From a virus, in IMG/VR virus record IMGVR_UViG_3300028392_000045, positions 1 to 64,000 of that record: a stretch of 64,000 nucleotides of DNA. The stretch is one strand, 5' to 3'. Under the pieces are notes generated by a model that saw only the letters and a program-made list of their open reading frames with translations, had not been told where the DNA came from and searched no databases. This document shows positions 29,911 through 39,411 of this stretch, one piece after another (position 1 is the first letter of the stretch; the number at the start of each line of letters is the position of its first letter). Both the position numbers and the translations under genes were made by a program.

Positions 29911-31119
29911 TTAATTTACACTAGTAAAAATAAATGCAGTATTAGAAAAAGTATTATTACTAGTATATACATAGTAATTTTGAACATATCCAGAAGCATT
30001 AGTTACTGATACTGTAGATCTAGTAAATGCTCCTATAGATTCTAAACCTGATACTATAATTGAAGTAAGAACTCCAAAAGAAGTAGGATAAGCATAATAC
30101 ACATTAGAAGGTGTTCCTACTCCAATAGATACAGAAAACCCTCCTTTAGCTGCTACTGTAGAAAATTCAGATGAACCTCCTGTAGTAGATATAATCTGAG
30201 CAGATGTAGGAGTACCTATATTATATCCCCAGTATTTTTTTGCTCTCCATAATAAACTAGTAGAAGCTCCAGATCCTTTTCCATCTGCTGTAGTACATAA
30301 AGAACTAAAAGTAGCATCTACGTTTCTTGTAGTAGTTGTGTTTTGAGTACCTGTTGCTGTAGCTCCTGCTGCTGGGTTAGTAGATGTATTTACTCCATTG
30401 ACTGTAAAACTAGCAACTGCTGTAGCATTAGTAGGTCTAAAAGCAGACCAGTTTAATACTAACGAAACTGCACCAGAACCAGACATTAATTCAGTTGTAA
30501 TAGTCTGTGCTGTAGTACCACCATAAGTAGTTGTTAATCCTAAAGTAATAGGAGAAGAAGGAAAAAATACTTGATCTAAGAAATCTTGTACTGTTGTAGT
30601 AGTACCCATATTTTGACCATTGAGCAATGATCCAGTTATAGTTCTATTACCATTATAATTTGCTGAAGTTGAAGATGCAGTAGATAAAGAATCTAATCGT
30701 ATAATGGCATCATTTAAAATAGCTAAATTAGTAGCATTAGGAGCACCATCAGCAGCTATACCTAATCGTCTTACTGAAGTATACCTATATATTACAGAAT
30801 TAACAGGAGGTATAATAGTAAGTGTTGATGTAGAATCTATAACACGACAACTAATTAAATTAGCACTTACAGATAATATAGAATCAATATGGAGTTTGTA
30901 ATACTTAGTGCCAGATAGTAAAAAAATCTTATAACCTACAGCTACCTGAGAAGCACTGTATTGTGCGTTGGTATTATTGAAAAAACCAGTAAAGAGAAAT
31001 TTATTAGTTACTCCTACTCTACTAGAAGAAGCTATATTAAAAGAACCATGAAATTTTCTTGATACTGTTTGACCTTGTAAGAAAAAAGGAAACAGTAATA
31101 TAATTAACAATAGTCTCAT
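29911..31119 (-). CDS. Secreted structural/fibre-like protein
   Basis: ...FLQG|Q signal peptide; C-terminal YYAYPTSFG.L...VTNASG...YYVY domain. Confidence 0.65.
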   Translation of the reverse strand: MRLLLIILLFPFFLQGQTVSRKFHGSFNIASSSRVGVTNKFLFTGFFNNTNAQYSASQVAVGYKIFLLSGTKYYKLHIDSILSVSANLISCRVIDSTSTLTIIPPVNSVIYRYTSVRRLGIAADGAPNATNLAILNDAIIRLDSLSTASSTSANYNGNRTITGSLLNGQNMGTTTTVQDFLDQVFFPSSPITLGLTTTYGGTTAQTITTELMSGSGAVSLVLNWSAFRPTNATAVASFTVNGVNTSTNPAAGATATGTQNTTTTRNVDATFSSLCTTADGKGSGASTSLLWRAKKYWGYNIGTPTSAQIISTTGGSSEFSTVAAKGGFSVSIGVGTPSNVYYAYPTSFGVLTSIIVSGLESIGAFTRSTVSVTNASGYVQNYYVYTSNNTFSNTAFIFTSVN

Positions 31120-31129
31120 TGTTTTCTAT

Positions 31130-31684
31130 TTAGTAACACCCTATGATAGTCCAATACAGGAATGCATCCAAACCTGTTATTTTTAAAGTAATGTCTCCTG
31201 ATCCTATAGCAACTATCTGCATTTGTGGACTAGGAGATTGATTATAAATAAAAGGAAAACTTGTAGAAGCACCACCTACTGCTTGAGCTGTAGTGTTTAA
31301 CACTTGTAAAAGTGGAGGTTGAAATGTCTGTACATTGGTATTGTAGATCATGGTATTAATGACAACTAGGTATTCTCCTGCTATTAAGTCAGAAGCCCCT
31401 CCATTTATTGTAAACTTAAGTAGTTCACTTTTTTCAGGTACTAGTATACTGCAAGAGCCTGTTTGCTTTACGGCTATAATATCTCCACCACCTACTACAT
31501 ATACATCATTAGCTGCTGCATATCGTTCAATAATAGTAGATTTTATAGAACCTTGATCTAAGCCTTCATTGATAATATCAAACAAGCCTAGAGTATAGTC
31601 AAAATTGTCATTAGTTCCACCATAGCTCTGTCCTTGTACAGGCTTATTTCGAACTCCACTTTTAATCAAGCGATAATCTTTCAT
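31130..31684 (-). CDS. Putative virion structural protein
   Basis: 184 aa; its N-terminus resembles that of the adjacent gene (GG.N.N.DY). Confidence 0.55.
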   Translation of the reverse strand: MKDYRLIKSGVRNKPVQGQSYGGTNDNFDYTLGLFDIINEGLDQGSIKSTIIERYAAANDVYVVGGGDIIAVKQTGSCSILVPEKSELLKFTINGGASDLIAGEYLVVINTMIYNTNVQTFQPPLLQVLNTTAQAVGGASTSFPFIYNQSPSPQMQIVAIGSGDITLKITGLDAFLYWTIIGCY

Positions 31685-31692
31685 GATACGTA

Positions 31693-32235
31693 TTAAGGCA
31701 TTATAATACCAAAAACATAAATGTCTGCTGTTGCTGCTGCTCCTTGAGCTGTAGTCAAAGCAAAATATAAGTTAGAAACACTATACTGCTCATTAACAGC
31801 AAGTGTAAGGTTCAAAGCTTTAGCAGAAGTAGTAAGTGCAGTATATGCTTGTGATGCAGCTACTACAGCAGTACCACCTTTAGAAGCAGCAGTGTAAACA
31901 CCACCAGCAGCAGTAGTCAAGCTAATAGAAGCATTACCTACTACAATACGAGTGATCAAACACTTCTTAGTACCAATCATAGCAACTGGAATAATAGTAT
32001 CAGTAGTTACGTTCATGTTAACTCCTGTCTTATATCCAAGCAAGCATTCTGTACCTACAGTAAGGAAAGAAGTATCAGCAGTAAGAGTAGTAGTAAGAAC
32101 CCCATCATTGTACAAAGTATCTTTAACACTTACTGAATAGTCATAATTGGAGTTAGAACCACCATCACCAAAGCCCATAATGCTCTTAATCCGCTTCTTG
32201 CTAAAACTATTTTTTCTGAAAAAGAAATCAGCCAT
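31693..32235 (-). CDS. Putative head fibre / decoration protein
   Basis: 180 aa, Ala/Thr-rich, ends ATADIYVFG; follows the auxiliary capsid gene. Confidence 0.55.
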   Translation of the reverse strand: MADFFFRKNSFSKKRIKSIMGFGDGGSNSNYDYSVSVKDTLYNDGVLTTTLTADTSFLTVGTECLLGYKTGVNMNVTTDTIIPVAMIGTKKCLITRIVVGNASISLTTAAGGVYTAASKGGTAVVAASQAYTALTTSAKALNLTLAVNEQYSVSNLYFALTTAQGAAATADIYVFGIIMP

Positions 32236-32257
32236 TTTAATTAGATTTTTGAAGTTA

Positions 32258-32280
32258 AGGGGAAGTAATATACTTCCCCT
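32258..32280 (-). terminator. Hairpin after the auxiliary capsid gene
   Basis: AGGGGAAGTA-ata-TACTTCCCCT, a perfect 10-bp stem. Confidence 0.65.
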
Positions 32281-32294
32281 CAGAAAGAAGACGG

Positions 32295-33668
32295 TTAGAC
32301 AAAAATAGTACTTGTCGTAGCACTACCATTCACTTTGTAAGGTAGGCATTTGATCAACCATGCACCAAGGATAGTGTTAAGGTTGGTTACTGTTGTAGTT
32401 GCAGAAGTAGTTACTGTAATACCACCAGATGCAGTAGCAGAACCAGAGTCGTCAGTTGCAGGTAGCAAAATCCAAACTCGTACGTTCTGGTGGTGATCAT
32501 CATCATAGTTAGCTGATCCTGTCAAATAGTCGATTGCAGTTACAGTATAGCTGATAGTCTCATCAATGTATTCAGGATCTAGCAACAATTCGTCAGCAAA
32601 TCCAGTCAATTGAAGATTACCACGTTGCATTTGAGCACGTTCTTTGAACCAGATACCTAGTGCACGTCCATTTCCTTCTGCTTCACGAGCATTAGCAAGA
32701 CGAGTTTCAGTAAAGGTTCCATCAGGCCAGCTAAGAGTAGTAGAAGAAATATCTACTTTAACTTGTGCGATGTCATCGTATGCATTAGCAAAAGTGTGAT
32801 CCAATCCCATTACTACAATAGCATCAATGCTTTGGCTGTGTGCTGTTGCTGGGTTAATGTTTACAATCTTAGAAGAAGCTGTAATTGAAGCAGAGTTAGC
32901 AATCCAGTTGTTGATAGTCTGAATCATCCCTTTAGTCATCACTACAGCCATGCTAGAAGTACCATCAGTAGAAAAGTTAACTGAAGTACCAGCAGTCAAA
33001 GCACCAATTGCAGTACCAGTAGCAGAACCACTGATATTAATACCAAACACTACATGATGACGACGCTGACCTTTATTCTGGTAAGTAGGCATAATTGTGT
33101 TAGCAATAGATACCTTATTTGCATTGTAAGCAATGTTACCAAGAATGTGGCTAGTAGCTGAAGTAAGTCCAGTGAATGAATCTGGAGCAGTAAAACCTAC
33201 AGTGTAACGATCTACAGCAGAACCGTAAGTGTTGTCTTTACGAACTGAACGGTAAGTCAAGTTCAAAGCATAACGGTTTCCGTTTACTGGAGTAGAAAGT
33301 CCTGTGTAGCTAATAGAGCTGTGCAAATCAATTACAGGAAGCTTAGTAGATACTTGCTGAATCTGATCGTAAAAGATGTCAGGAGTAGCCATGAAAGCTT
33401 GAGTTTCAATACCATTCCAGCCAAGGTTACGGCTAAAATCAGAAGATTTAGGAGTTCCTTGTACTACACGAATACGGTTAACTGCTGAAGTAGTTTCACC
33501 ACCTGACAAGTAAGCACCTGAAAGTGGGTTAATTACTCCTAGTTGTCCGTTAGTCAAGTTTACAGAAGAACCAGTTGTCTGGATGTTACCAGAGTTGCGA
33601 AGCCCTTGATTACCAGAAGCTACAATGAAGTATTCCTGATAGGGCTTGTTAGTTTTTTTATTAGCCAT
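32295..33668 (-). CDS. Auxiliary capsid protein (putative)
   Basis: 457 aa. Codon usage resembles the MCP gene; lies downstream of MCP, as in crAss-like phages. Confidence 0.65.
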   Translation of the reverse strand: MANKKTNKPYQEYFIVASGNQGLRNSGNIQTTGSSVNLTNGQLGVINPLSGAYLSGGETTSAVNRIRVVQGTPKSSDFSRNLGWNGIETQAFMATPDIFYDQIQQVSTKLPVIDLHSSISYTGLSTPVNGNRYALNLTYRSVRKDNTYGSAVDRYTVGFTAPDSFTGLTSATSHILGNIAYNANKVSIANTIMPTYQNKGQRRHHVVFGINISGSATGTAIGALTAGTSVNFSTDGTSSMAVVMTKGMIQTINNWIANSASITASSKIVNINPATAHSQSIDAIVVMGLDHTFANAYDDIAQVKVDISSTTLSWPDGTFTETRLANAREAEGNGRALGIWFKERAQMQRGNLQLTGFADELLLDPEYIDETISYTVTAIDYLTGSANYDDDHHQNVRVWILLPATDDSGSATASGGITVTTSATTTVTNLNTILGAWLIKCLPYKVNGSATTSTIFV

Positions 33669-33687
33669 TGTTGTAAATTTTTAGAAG

Positions 33688-34419
33688 CTACAGTAGCTCT
33701 TTTATTTTTTGTTGTGATACACTCAATTCGTTAAAATTACTATACCGTCTATTTAATTCCTGTACAGCAATTGCAACCACTACATTGATATAATCATCAG
33801 GTAGATCTGTATCTGACTTAGGTTTGTTTGGTGCATTTACATTATCTTTATTTTCAAAAGCAACATAAGTACCTAAACACACTTGATCAGGAATTTTGAT
33901 GTAAGTTAAGAAACAATCTTCAGGAATAAACTCATTATCTGTATAGATATATAGTTTATCGTTCCTCTGTGCAATAATAGCTCTTTGCCATTTCTTAGAA
34001 CTTTTTCTATGAAAGTTAATTTGTCCAGAAAAAAGTTCTTGATGTTGTTCCCAGTCTCCTATAATTTGTAAGTCACAATCTCTTATAGTAAACTTACAAG
34101 CTACAGCAGATTTACAAGGAACAGCAGTTTTAGTTAGGTCAATTTGATAAATATCATTTGATAGCTTTTCCGCCTTCATAAATGGTTGTTCAGGAAAAGA
34201 TCTAACTAAAGTCTGCAACATATCTATTCGTTGCTGAGTAACTTCAAATCCAAGATCATAGAGATTTTTATTCTCTCCATGTAAGAACATCTCCACATAC
34301 TCAAATATAGCCTTATTAAGAATCTCATCCTTTTCTGGATCAGTCAGATACTTTCTATGATTATTAGACTGTCTATTCCACTCTAAGTCTAATTTGAGAT
34401 GAAGATCTTCTACTCGCAT
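33688..34419 (-). CDS. Head-proximal ring (adaptor) protein
   Basis: EKDEILNKA..EYV, GFEVTQQRIDML and DLPD....VVAIAV motifs. Confidence 0.75.
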   Translation of the reverse strand: MRVEDLHLKLDLEWNRQSNNHRKYLTDPEKDEILNKAIFEYVEMFLHGENKNLYDLGFEVTQQRIDMLQTLVRSFPEQPFMKAEKLSNDIYQIDLTKTAVPCKSAVACKFTIRDCDLQIIGDWEQHQELFSGQINFHRKSSKKWQRAIIAQRNDKLYIYTDNEFIPEDCFLTYIKIPDQVCLGTYVAFENKDNVNAPNKPKSDTDLPDDYINVVVAIAVQELNRRYSNFNELSVSQQKIKELL

Positions 34420-35504
34420 TTAACATCTTTTTGTTTCAATTCACTTATCAACTTGTAATATAGGTTTTCAGAATCAGCTTTCTTAGGATTAAATGCTTCA
34501 AACTCTTGCATAAAAGTTCCTTCAATTTTCTGAGTTGACTTACCTAGATTATACAAATTGTCAACATCTTTTTGGCTTCTCCAAATAATAGCACCACCTG
34601 AGTTAATAAAGACATTAGTATTCAAAGCCTGTGCAATAAGATATTTAATCTTAAGTCTATTTGGTTCTTTAGTTAGAATATCCATTACCTCATTAAACTT
34701 AGTAATACGTTCTGCTTGTGTACCGTTATCGTTTTTCTTCTCATCCATGACATAATCCTGGATGGTAGATTCTACAAAGCTACTAGACACATCTCCTTTA
34801 ATAAGGCGAAGGTAAACAGCAACTTGATACTGAACGAACGTAGGATATTCTCTCATCAACTTACCTAGATTGTAAGTACCAGTAAGAATGAAGTTTCTCT
34901 TAGTTACTTTATCCTTAATAGCTTCTTCTTCTTCTGCAATGTAAAATTCATGCAAATCAGGATTTACATCATCAGCAGAATTAGCAATCATACTATGTGT
35001 TTTACATAATTGAATTGCTAATCTACCTCGTGAAGTATCAGAAGAAAAAACATTAGTACCTTCTTGTAGGTAAATTTTAAAGCCTTCCAAATAAGTCTTA
35101 TTAGACAAATTCTTCATCAAGTTAATATCCGAATAAGCTTGAGCCATTGTCGGAGTAGTAACATGTACAGTATAAGTACCTCTTGATACTTTATCCAGAA
35201 TTTCAAGATAGGTTTGCTTTGTAATGTTTTTAGCTCCTCGAATAGTAGTATCCCAAGTTGAAGCCCAAGTATCATCTAGTCCTAGTTCTTCTTTGTCTTT
35301 ATCAAAGAAATCATTAGGAACCATTTCCTCAAGTCCAGTAATCAACTTAGTACCTTCTCTTTGGAAAGTAAAACAAGGAGTAGCCCCTCTTGCTTTTGTT
35401 CTGTTAGTAGGTATTGAAGTACCATTGTCAGCAACAAACTCATAATTGTGTCTACCTTGAGCAGACTGTCTAAATACAGACACTACATAAATTTTCTCAG
35501 CCAT
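34410..35504 (-). CDS. Conserved crAss-like capsid-module protein
   Basis: 364 aa immediately downstream of the MCP and endonuclease genes; LITGL and EFYI.EEEE motifs. Confidence 0.6.
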   Translation of the reverse strand: MAEKIYVVSVFRQSAQGRHNYEFVADNGTSIPTNRTKARGATPCFTFQREGTKLITGLEEMVPNDFFDKDKEELGLDDTWASTWDTTIRGAKNITKQTYLEILDKVSRGTYTVHVTTPTMAQAYSDINLMKNLSNKTYLEGFKIYLQEGTNVFSSDTSRGRLAIQLCKTHSMIANSADDVNPDLHEFYIAEEEEAIKDKVTKRNFILTGTYNLGKLMREYPTFVQYQVAVYLRLIKGDVSSSFVESTIQDYVMDEKKNDNGTQAERITKFNEVMDILTKEPNRLKIKYLIAQALNTNVFINSGGAIIWRSQKDVDNLYNLGKSTQKIEGTFMQEFEAFNPKKADSENLYYKLISELKQKDVKCE

Positions 35505-35536
35505 GATCTTAGCTCGTTTCGATTTTTGAAAAAATG

Positions 35537-36709
35537 TTATTCTAAAAATACTTCTTCAGGAATTGTAGAATCTTCAGTATCAAAATTCATATCGTCAGAT
35601 TCTATAAGTTCCTTAAAGTTATCTCTCTTTCTTTCTGAGAAGTAATTACAGTCAGAATAAAGAAACTCAAGAATTTTTTTAACACTACCATTTGAGTATC
35701 TTAAATCTCCTATTTCATTATCTCTGTCTTTATGACGGATGTAAATAGAAGTTTCAGTTAAACCTAAATGGTGTATCAAAACTTGTTGTACTTCAAGTAA
35801 AAAAGGTTTGTTACCAGTAAAACTTATATTGGGTCTACCTCCTGTATACCAGACAGAACCATCACCATCATAATATCCTCTGATAAAGTGTCTAATCAAA
35901 TTAGGATCAATATCAGGAATATGTTCTAGGATATGTGTTTTGTTTTGTACACAACCCCACTTAGCTAATGCATCACACAAAATAGGACTGCATATAGTCA
36001 TAGTATAGAAATCCTGATGATTCTCATTCTCTCTAGTTCTAATGCCTATAGTATGTGTAGCACCAATAGCTTCTTTAAATTTATAAAGAAGTGGGCTATC
36101 TCCTTCAGCAAATCCTAACTTTATGTAAGTTTTTTGCTGGCAGTTATAACCATCTGCATAGAAGAGTCCAAGAAAATAAGCCTTGTCTTGGGTATCAATA
36201 TTATCAAAATAATGATAATCGCAAGTGTAAGTATTATAATCTGCCTGTTCTCTTTTCATATCTTCAGGTAGATATTTCAATACAGTAGGTTTACCAATAT
36301 CAAGTTGTTTAGCTACTTTAGCTGCTGATAACCCTTGCTCATAGAGATCGTAGATTTGAAATCTAATTTGAGTAGTAATTTCAGTTTTTACTCGAACCCA
36401 TACCTTATGTTTACGCTGCATTTTCTCTACATAAGAATTACTTACTTTAAGTCTTTTAGCAATGTCAACTATACTAAGTCCTTCCTTTGTAAGTTCCACT
36501 ACTTGTAATGCAACTTCTTCAGGAATTACTCTAGGTTTAGGTCTAGTGAACTCAACTCCTTTTTCTTTTAACCAAGTTTTAATAACTGGTCTTGAGATAC
36601 CTACAATCTCACTAATCGTTCTTAATGAGGTTTTTTCTTGATGAAGACAAAGAATCTGATCAATCAGACTCAATTTGACTTTTTCGGAAATAGCATTGTA
36701 ATGTGCCAT
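35537..36709 (-). CDS. Free-standing LAGLIDADG homing endonuclease with N-terminal HTH repeats
   Basis: AYFLGLFYADG and HFIRGYYDGDGS motifs; three HTH-like repeats in the first ~150 aa. Confidence 0.9.
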   Translation of the reverse strand: MAHYNAISEKVKLSLIDQILCLHQEKTSLRTISEIVGISRPVIKTWLKEKGVEFTRPKPRVIPEEVALQVVELTKEGLSIVDIAKRLKVSNSYVEKMQRKHKVWVRVKTEITTQIRFQIYDLYEQGLSAAKVAKQLDIGKPTVLKYLPEDMKREQADYNTYTCDYHYFDNIDTQDKAYFLGLFYADGYNCQQKTYIKLGFAEGDSPLLYKFKEAIGATHTIGIRTRENENHQDFYTMTICSPILCDALAKWGCVQNKTHILEHIPDIDPNLIRHFIRGYYDGDGSVWYTGGRPNISFTGNKPFLLEVQQVLIHHLGLTETSIYIRHKDRDNEIGDLRYSNGSVKKILEFLYSDCNYFSERKRDNFKELIESDDMNFDTEDSTIPEEVFLE

Positions 36710-36725
36710 AGTCTATAATTTTTTA

Positions 36726-36757
36726 CAAAGATAAACTATGGCTTTCTTATTTCCAAA
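36726..36757 (-). promoter_or_regulatory. Bacteroidota sigma-A promoter for the endonuclease
   Basis: TTTG-20nt-TATCTTTG, matching the -33/-7 consensus TTTG / TAnnTTTG. Confidence 0.65.
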
Positions 36758-36782
36758 TGTTTCTTACATTAATCCCACAGAA

Positions 36783-38381
36783 TTATTCCCAGACTATTTT
36801 TCCACATGAAGAAATGTCCCATGCCCCCAAACTACCCGACAATTCACGCTTAATTGACAAAGTTTTGCCATCACGGTACACGTTAGAACCATCACGTACA
36901 ACACCATTTTTGAAGTCAATTGCGTTAGCTACAGAGTAATAGTAATCTGCCATGTCTTCTACAGCCATGAAGATGTTTTCACCTGATGCATTTTCGTCAG
37001 CGTTTTCAGACTTACCAAATTCCATAATGTCAATGTTGAATGACTCTTTTGGAAGGTAAGAACCTGGAGCTTTTTCTTTGTACAATTGATCATCATCCTT
37101 AGAAGGATCATACATGATTTGTACATCAATGCCGTTAGGGAACTTAATACGAGTGAATTGGAAACCAAATTCTTTTTCGTATTGGTGTACTCCAGTTGGT
37201 TCTGGATTAGAACGAAGTGCAAAACCTGGCTCCAATGTTTGGAATACTGATGCGTTCTGTGCAATCAAGTTGGACAAATAAGTAATAGCACCTGTACCAC
37301 CACAAAGAATAGGCTTACGATTCATGAAACCACGACGACGGAATACAATCTGATGCAAGAAATCATAAAGGTCAGCAAGAGTAAAGTTACCATTGTGTAC
37401 CATCAATTGACCATCACGAACTAGCTGTCTCCAACCTGGAGCAGTTTTGATTGCACGCTTAGAATCCATGTCGTTGTTAATCTGCAAACGACCAAATTCA
37501 CAAGCCATTTCACGGTCTCTCTCAGTACGCTCCAACAAACGTTGTTCAGCTTTAGTGATAAAGAAGCCTTTCTCAATCTTTTCGTTAGTACCAGATTTAG
37601 TCAAAGAAGTCTGATATACATAACCACGACCAAATGCATCATGATACTGCTTACCTCCATTACCATCTTGGTAAGTAGATTTGTTAGCACCACCTGTACG
37701 AGCAGCAGCCAATTCTTGCTTAACGAATTTGTCTGTAAAAGTTACTTCATTACCATACTGACCTACAATAGAGCGCAATTTAGACATTGAGCTGTACTGA
37801 TCAGTACCGTATTTGTCGTTTTCTTCGTTAGCTACACGAGTAGACACCCGAACAAAAATACGACCTACTTCCAACAAGCTAGAAGGAATCCAAGTATTAG
37901 GATTGCTGTCTTGTAGTTCACAAGTATACTTCCAAGAGTGACCAGCACCAAGAGGTTGAGCTACATCAAGGATGTTAATCAGTGGAGCATCATCAGATTC
38001 AGTCTTGATCACACATGGTGTTTTCAACCAGTTGCGGTCAAGTGCAATTTCAAATGTTGCATTGTTTTTACCAACTTGAGATCCACCAGTTACCAACAAT
38101 TCGGTAGAACGGAAATCAATATCAGCATCACCTACTACTGACCATTGGTAATCATTAGTACCAGCAGGTAGTTTGTGAAAGTTACCTTGAGCCATAGTCA
38201 AATAAGTCCAACGCTTATTTGTAAGACCAAGAGAACTTGTAGAGGAGAAAAGACGTGAAGTCATTACTCCAAAATCAAAAGGTTTGTCGTCACGAAACAA
38301 AGCAGCATGTGAGGCACTGTCAAAAAAGTTACCACCGAAGCCTTTGTATTCACTGACGCGAAGTTGCGCTCTGCGTTCCAT
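36783..38381 (-). CDS. Major capsid protein
   Basis: 532 aa. YQWSV.G, F.IALD..W and APGWRQL motifs; strongly biased codon usage; downstream of portal and scaffold-like genes. Confidence 0.85.
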   Translation of the reverse strand: MERRAQLRVSEYKGFGGNFFDSASHAALFRDDKPFDFGVMTSRLFSSTSSLGLTNKRWTYLTMAQGNFHKLPAGTNDYQWSVVGDADIDFRSTELLVTGGSQVGKNNATFEIALDRNWLKTPCVIKTESDDAPLINILDVAQPLGAGHSWKYTCELQDSNPNTWIPSSLLEVGRIFVRVSTRVANEENDKYGTDQYSSMSKLRSIVGQYGNEVTFTDKFVKQELAAARTGGANKSTYQDGNGGKQYHDAFGRGYVYQTSLTKSGTNEKIEKGFFITKAEQRLLERTERDREMACEFGRLQINNDMDSKRAIKTAPGWRQLVRDGQLMVHNGNFTLADLYDFLHQIVFRRRGFMNRKPILCGGTGAITYLSNLIAQNASVFQTLEPGFALRSNPEPTGVHQYEKEFGFQFTRIKFPNGIDVQIMYDPSKDDDQLYKEKAPGSYLPKESFNIDIMEFGKSENADENASGENIFMAVEDMADYYYSVANAIDFKNGVVRDGSNVYRDGKTLSIKRELSGSLGAWDISSCGKIVWE

Positions 38382-38398
38382 TTATAAGAATTTTAATG

Positions 38399-39337
38399 TT
38401 AAAGTTCTAATTCGTAATCTTCTAAATTCAATCCTCCAGTCTGATAATTTTCTTGCTTACTTGTAGCAGAAGAACCAGACCAGTAATTTTTTATTTTATC
38501 TGCTACTTTTTTTGTAGTAGTAGAAAAAGCTTGCCTAGAATATCTTTCTAAATCTAGTTTGCCATCAGCATAATGTCTTACAAAATCTACTAAATAAGGA
38601 AGTGTTTTAGGATCTTTGATCATAGCTGTAATCTTGTTACTAAAGTTACCTGATTGTAATTCAGTAGCTACTTTAGTTTTTACATCTTTTGACCAGTTCA
38701 ATTCCTTGACAGTTTCTACAAAACCTTCAATTACTCTAGCTTGTTCTTCTTCAGATTCTTTCTTTTCATCTTTAGCTTGAGCTACACGATCTTTAACTGT
38801 ATTAGAGACCAAATTCTGATTCTTAGCAAAAGCTCGTTTAGCTGCTTTTTCTAGTTTATCTCTGTACTTCAAATCTTCAATCTCCTCTTCAATTTCATCT
38901 TCATCTACTCCATCTTCCTTCAATACCTTACGCATAAATGCTTCTTGATCTTCTGGGTTGTCTATATCAAACACAGAAGAATCAACAAGATTCAATACTT
39001 CTTTAAGTTCTGTAATGGTAAAGTCTTTGCCTTTAGTAAGTACTAGGTCAATAAGAGGTTGGGCAAAGTCAGGAGCTTTGGAAATGATGTCTGATTCAAA
39101 TTGCTCAATAGCTTGAGTATATTGGAGATCTAAAAGATTTTGTAGACCTTCAGCAGTACCATCAAATTCTTGATCTACTGTAAGAAAGCCTTTGTCTTTG
39201 TAGTACTCATAAGCTGCTGTCGCATTAGGATCAAGTACTTGCTCTTGTCCTTCTGGTAACTCTTCCTCATGAGTCGCTTCGGTGGATTCAATCTGATCAT
39301 CTGTGATCTCAAAATCCGGTAGGAATTCATTCTGCAT
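38399..39337 (-). CDS. Acidic scaffolding-like protein
   Basis: Glu/Asp-rich helical 312-aa protein between portal and MCP. Confidence 0.65.
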   Translation of the reverse strand: MQNEFLPDFEITDDQIESTEATHEEELPEGQEQVLDPNATAAYEYYKDKGFLTVDQEFDGTAEGLQNLLDLQYTQAIEQFESDIISKAPDFAQPLIDLVLTKGKDFTITELKEVLNLVDSSVFDIDNPEDQEAFMRKVLKEDGVDEDEIEEEIEDLKYRDKLEKAAKRAFAKNQNLVSNTVKDRVAQAKDEKKESEEEQARVIEGFVETVKELNWSKDVKTKVATELQSGNFSNKITAMIKDPKTLPYLVDFVRHYADGKLDLERYSRQAFSTTTKKVADKIKNYWSGSSATSKQENYQTGGLNLEDYELEL

Positions 39338-39411
39338 ACAAATCTATATTAAATAATGAAACAATGTTTTACTTTTTAGATGTTTTATTAACAGTTCTAT
39401 TAGTCTGATAG

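Noticed and set aside
35505-36782. Group I intron in MCP carrying the LAGLIDADG ORF
   Set aside because: The flanks are too short for a ribozyme core, and MCP ends with a plausible C-terminus and stop codon.
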